A stretch of 39,689 nt of DNA, from NCBI GenBank assembly GCA_964548875.1, contig CAZJSP010000002.1, positions 1 through 39,689 of the forward strand, given 5' to 3'. The notes beneath the pieces are model-generated. The model made no database searches. It saw only the letters and a list, made by a program, of their open reading frames with translations, and was not told where the DNA came from. Positions within the stretch are counted from its first letter, which is position 1; each line of letters begins with the position of its first letter. The translations under genes were made by a program, and so were the position numbers. This document shows positions 37,068-39,689 of this stretch, one piece after another. This DNA is from an uncultured Candidatus Saccharibacteria bacterium (GTDB lineage: Bacteria > Patescibacteriota > Minisyncoccia > Minisyncoccales > JANBVM01).

Positions 37068-37556
37068 TTAATTAAATTCTATAAAGGAGCATTTTTCAGT
37101 ATCTAAGCATTTATTGTAACTAGGTCTCTCAAGTACAAGAATGTTCTTATTCCCACTAGAGACAGTTGGCTGTACAATAAGAATATCCTGACCTTTGCTA
37201 TAAATGGTCCTAATCTTCTCTCTAGATGGGTAGAGCATTTCTAATGCTTTATCATATTGTTCTGGCTTGCCAAAAAACAATATATATCCATTATTGCTCT
37301 TTCTCTCTAAAATACGAGAGCTATGCACAATAGGAATATTTTTTTTAGAAAATATTGTTTTTATTTTTAATAGTTCTTCTTCTTTTAATTGAGTCACTAG
37401 TATATCCCAGTTCGTTGTAGATACTGGTTGAATGATCAATTTTAAATCAGAAGCTGACAAAAGAGCTCTACATTTAATATTTTGGCTCCTCAGCCATCTT
37501 GCACTAAACGCAATTAAAAACCTTTCGATTTCTCCTTTTTTGAAATTCACTTTCAT
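37068..37556 (-). CDS. Hypothetical protein (orphan, 162 aa from the ATG), no recognisable motif
   Basis: The long ORF is preceded by AAGGAGGTG. The track start (GTG at 37568) lies inside that SD, so the ATG at 37556 (MKVNFKKGEIE..), 11 nt after GGAGG, is preferred. Confidence 0.65.
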   Translation of the reverse strand: MKVNFKKGEIERFLIAFSARWLRSQNIKCRALLSASDLKLIIQPVSTTNWDILVTQLKEEELLKIKTIFSKKNIPIVHSSRILERKSNNGYILFFGKPEQYDKALEMLYPSREKIRTIYSKGQDILIVQPTVSSGNKNILVLERPSYNKCLDTEKCSFIEFN

Positions 37557-37565
37557 TTTCTCATT

Positions 37566-37574
37566 CACCTCCTT
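37566..37574 (-). promoter_or_regulatory. Canonical Shine-Dalgarno site (AAGGAGGTG) for the 37068..37556 ORF
   Basis: The plus strand reads CACCTCCTT. I found no comparable SD upstream of any other gene start I inspected in this window. Confidence 0.55.
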
Positions 37575-37602
37575 TTTATATTTTTAAAGGAACATTAAGT
37601 TA

Positions 37603-37630
37603 ACAATAAAATAATAAAAATAATTAGTCA
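37603..37630 (-). promoter_or_regulatory. Candidate promoter for the 37068..37556 ORF
   Basis: On the minus strand: TTGACT (37630-37625), a 16-nt spacer, then TATTGT (37608-37603). The -10 match is only 4/6 in an AT-rich background. Confidence 0.3.
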
Positions 37631-37655
37631 ATAAAAAGCTAGCATTTAAGCTAGC
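37631..37655 (-). terminator. Hairpin overlapping the stop codon of the 37651..38058 ORF; possible terminator or attenuator between the two orphan ORFs
   Basis: AGCTAGC (37636-37642) and GCTAGCT (37649-37655) form a perfect 7-bp stem with a 6-nt loop. On the minus strand it is followed by TTTTTAT. Confidence 0.35.
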
Positions 37656-38058
37656 TATAATTAAGTTTGAGCAAGACTTCTTCTTTTTGATCTTCGTTCC
37701 TACAGTAAAGAGACGCACAAAATAGATTATCTCCTTCTCGAAATTCTATAGGAATCATGCAGCTACAAGAGCTTTTTATAAGGGCCCTGTCCTCTCCCAT
37801 AGTTTTAATAAGATCAAAAAATATACTTTCTTGATCTGGATCCAGGCCAACATGAAGGCCACCCCAAAAAAGTCTTTGAGAAACTGGCAACATGAATATT
37901 TTTTCATTATTCTCCAATTCCTTTCTAATTTCGGAGGACATAATATTTATACCCTCTAAATTTGCTTCTAAAGTCTCAACATTCATTTTAACAAAATAAA
38001 TGTCTCCTTTTTCTTGAGGAGTGAAAATTATTATTTTAATTTTAACCACCTGGATCAA
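37651..38058 (-). CDS. Hypothetical protein (orphan, 135 aa from TTG or 111 aa from the internal ATG), with two closely spaced Cys pairs
   Basis: It is an uninterrupted ORF between metG and the next orphan. Motifs SSCSCM and FCASLYC are present. There is no SD. The start codon is uncertain: TTG at 38058 per the track, or MNVETLE.. at about 37986. Confidence 0.6.
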   Translation of the reverse strand: MIQVVKIKIIIFTPQEKGDIYFVKMNVETLEANLEGINIMSSEIRKELENNEKIFMLPVSQRLFWGGLHVGLDPDQESIFFDLIKTMGEDRALIKSSCSCMIPIEFREGDNLFCASLYCRNEDQKEEVLLKLNYS

Positions 38059-38082
38059 ATTTAAAACACAAACTTGAGTTTG

Positions 38083-39555
38083 TCAATCTAAAGCCGGGAA
38101 AAGAGGTCCTCTTTTTTTAATTTTAAAAACTAATTTTTGATTTTTTTTCTCAATTTTAATGCTCCCATCAATATTATTAGCTGTTTGAGGCATAAAAGGC
38201 TTTAAAAGATCACTAATTTTTAAAAGAGTGTAAAGAAGAGAAGGAACTATTTCTTTTTGATTTTCTTTTTGTTCCCAAACCCTTTCTTTTTCAATGAGCT
38301 GGTCACAAAAACTAATCAATCCCCAAATAGAGCTTATAGCCTTATTAAATTCAAAACTATTAAGAAAAAAATTTATTTCTTTGTTTGTTTCTTCGATTTT
38401 TTCAATTAAACTAGAATTTTTAATTTTTTGTTCTTCTAAATAATTATCTTCTATTCTTTCGGCAATGCTTAAAACTCTGGCAACTAAATTACCTAAGCCT
38501 TTAGCTAAATCTGCATTGTATCGCTCTTTAAACCTTTCTTCAGTAAAATCACCATCCTTAAAAGGAGGAATTTCTCGCAAAAGAAAATAACGAACTGAAT
38601 CAGACCCATATTTTTTAGAAACTTCAAGAGGATCCACTACATTACCAAGAGATTTAGACATTTTTTCTCCCTCAGAAGTAATATAGCTATGAACAAATAT
38701 TTTTTGAGGCAAAGATAGTCCAGCAGACAATAAAATGCCAATCCAATAAACAGCATGGAATTTAACAATACCCTTACCAATAACATGAGTTTTTTGGTTG
38801 TTTTCTTCCCACCATTCTTGAAATTCTTTCTTATTCTCTCCGTAGCCTAGAGCATTAATATAATTAGACAAAGCATCAAACCAAACCCAAATAATCTGAG
38901 AAGAATCTCCCGGAACCTTAATCCCCCAACCATGAGCTCTTTCTTTTGAACGAGAAATACAAATATCTTCTAACCCCTGATTAAGAAAACTAATAATTTC
39001 GTTTTTTCTGGTTTCAGGAACAATTTTAATTTTATCTTTCTCAATTAATTCTTTAATTTCATCTTGATATTTAGAAAGTTTAAAGAAATAGTTTTCTTCC
39101 TCTACTAATTCTGGCCTTTTTTTATGATCAGGACATAACCCTTTTTTAAGTTCATTTTCTTTTAAAAATGTTTCACAACCAACACAATACAACCCTCGAT
39201 ACTTTTTCCTATAAATATCTTTCTGGCAAGCTCCCCATAATTTTTGTACTCCTTTTATATGCCTTTCCTCTGTTGTTCTAATAAAATCATCAGAACTAAT
39301 AGAATATTCTTTTTTTAATTCTAAATATTTTTTAGTTTTTTCTAAAATAAAATCATTAATTTTAACTCCCTGCTCTTCTGCTTTCCTCACATTTTTCAAG
39401 CTATTTTCATCGCTTCCAGTTAGAAAATAAACATCATCTCCTAGTGACCTATGATAGCGAGCCAGAACATCAGCTTGAACAGCCTCCAAAGCAAAACCAA
39501 TATGTGGATTGGCGTTTACATAAGGCAAAGATGTGGAAATATAGTATTTAGGCAT
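38083..39555 (-). CDS. metG: Methionyl-tRNA synthetase (core enzyme, no C-terminal tRNA-binding appendage)
   Basis: PYVNANPHIGF (HIGH-type) and KMSKSLGNVV motifs, with a zinc knuckle (CVGCETF..CPDH). Confidence 0.95.
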   Translation of the reverse strand: MPKYYISTSLPYVNANPHIGFALEAVQADVLARYHRSLGDDVYFLTGSDENSLKNVRKAEEQGVKINDFILEKTKKYLELKKEYSISSDDFIRTTEERHIKGVQKLWGACQKDIYRKKYRGLYCVGCETFLKENELKKGLCPDHKKRPELVEEENYFFKLSKYQDEIKELIEKDKIKIVPETRKNEIISFLNQGLEDICISRSKERAHGWGIKVPGDSSQIIWVWFDALSNYINALGYGENKKEFQEWWEENNQKTHVIGKGIVKFHAVYWIGILLSAGLSLPQKIFVHSYITSEGEKMSKSLGNVVDPLEVSKKYGSDSVRYFLLREIPPFKDGDFTEERFKERYNADLAKGLGNLVARVLSIAERIEDNYLEEQKIKNSSLIEKIEETNKEINFFLNSFEFNKAISSIWGLISFCDQLIEKERVWEQKENQKEIVPSLLYTLLKISDLLKPFMPQTANNIDGSIKIEKKNQKLVFKIKKRGPLFPALD

Positions 39556-39689
39556 TATTACTTTTAGATAAATCTTTTAAAATTTCGTAAACAATTCCGA
39601 CTAAAGGAAGAGCTAAAATAGCTCCTAAGAATCCCCATAGCTTACCTCCAACCAATAAAGCAATTAAAGCTAAAATAGAAGGAATTCCC
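39548..39689 (-). CDS. C-terminal 46 codons of an AI-2E/PerM-family (UPF0118) membrane transporter; the N-terminus lies beyond the right edge
   Basis: Hand translation of the minus strand: GIPSILALIALLVGGKLWGFLGAILALPLVGIVYEILKDLSKSNNA*. This is typical of the last TM helix of AI-2E permeases. The stop overlaps the metG start by 8 nt. It is not in the ORF track because no start lies within the window. Confidence 0.6.
   Translation of the reverse strand, partial: GIPSILALIALLVGGKLWGFLGAILALPLVGIVYEILKDLSKSNNA

Noticed and set aside
37068-38058. Classic type II toxin-antitoxin pair as the identity of the two orphan ORFs.
   Set aside because: Neither protein shows a toxin or antitoxin motif I recognise. 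The ORFs are separated by about 95 nt containing a hairpin and a promoter-like element, rather than being tightly bicistronic. The function is left open.
38068-38085. Hairpin ACAAAC-ttga-GTTTGT overlapping the metG stop, considered as a terminator or insertion boundary.
   Set aside because: The stem is only 6 bp and AT-rich, so it is thermodynamically weak. I found no matching repeat at the other side of the orphan cassette.
1-39689. I looked for CRISPR arrays, transposases, integrases, phage modules, restriction-modification systems and other known defence genes.
   Set aside because: There are no spaced direct repeats, no recombinase or transposase motifs and no terminal inverted repeats. 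Apart from two orphans, every sizeable ORF has a housekeeping or envelope assignment.
1-39689. Alternative genetic code with UGA recoded, as in some candidate phyla.
   Set aside because: TGA terminates conserved genes at the expected lengths: clpB at 4847-4849 within an ATGA overlap, and the HIT protein at 19763-19765. No conserved gene needs read-through.

Overview
This is a gene-dense (~90% coding), AT-rich (roughly 30% GC by eye) stretch of a streamlined bacterial chromosome. It uses the standard genetic code: TGA ends conserved genes such as clpB and the HIT gene at sensible lengths. Most genes are housekeeping genes on the minus strand, many with 1-8 nt start/stop overlaps. In transcription order they are: an AI-2E-type permease tail, metG, two orphan ORFs, tatD, leuS, glmS, a two-subunit 2-oxoacid:ferredoxin oxidoreductase, a sugar nucleotidyltransferase, a YvcK/CofD-like gene, a polyprenyl synthase, lepB, hisS, HIT, rpsU, yqeY, ybeY, ftsA, ftsZ, nrdD, nrdG, comEC, a three-gene glycan/glycolipid module, htrA, clpB and an HtrA-like pseudoprotease. 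The plus strand carries pth-dprA-topA-tRNA-Leu(CAA), murA, and a very large LTD/PKD/beta-helix surface protein that runs off the left edge. Several features suggest an uncultivated anaerobic, reduced-genome lineage (CPR/Patescibacteria-like): class III RNR plus OFOR, truncated ComEC and DprA, an LTD giant protein and almost no Shine-Dalgarno sites. That placement is inference only. I see no CRISPR array, transposase, integrase, prophage or recognisable defence system. The best candidates for undescribed biology are: (1) a two-gene orphan cassette between metG and tatD, whose second gene has the only canonical SD in the window plus its own promoter-like and terminator-like signals; (2) a membrane-anchored HtrA paralogue with all three catalytic residues replaced, coupled to htrA-clpB and followed by an unannotated 34-aa TM peptide; (3) an FtsZ that stops at the end of the globular core and so lacks the FtsA-binding tail; (4) the giant repeat-containing surface protein. 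All coordinates for hand-found motifs may be off by 1-2 nt.
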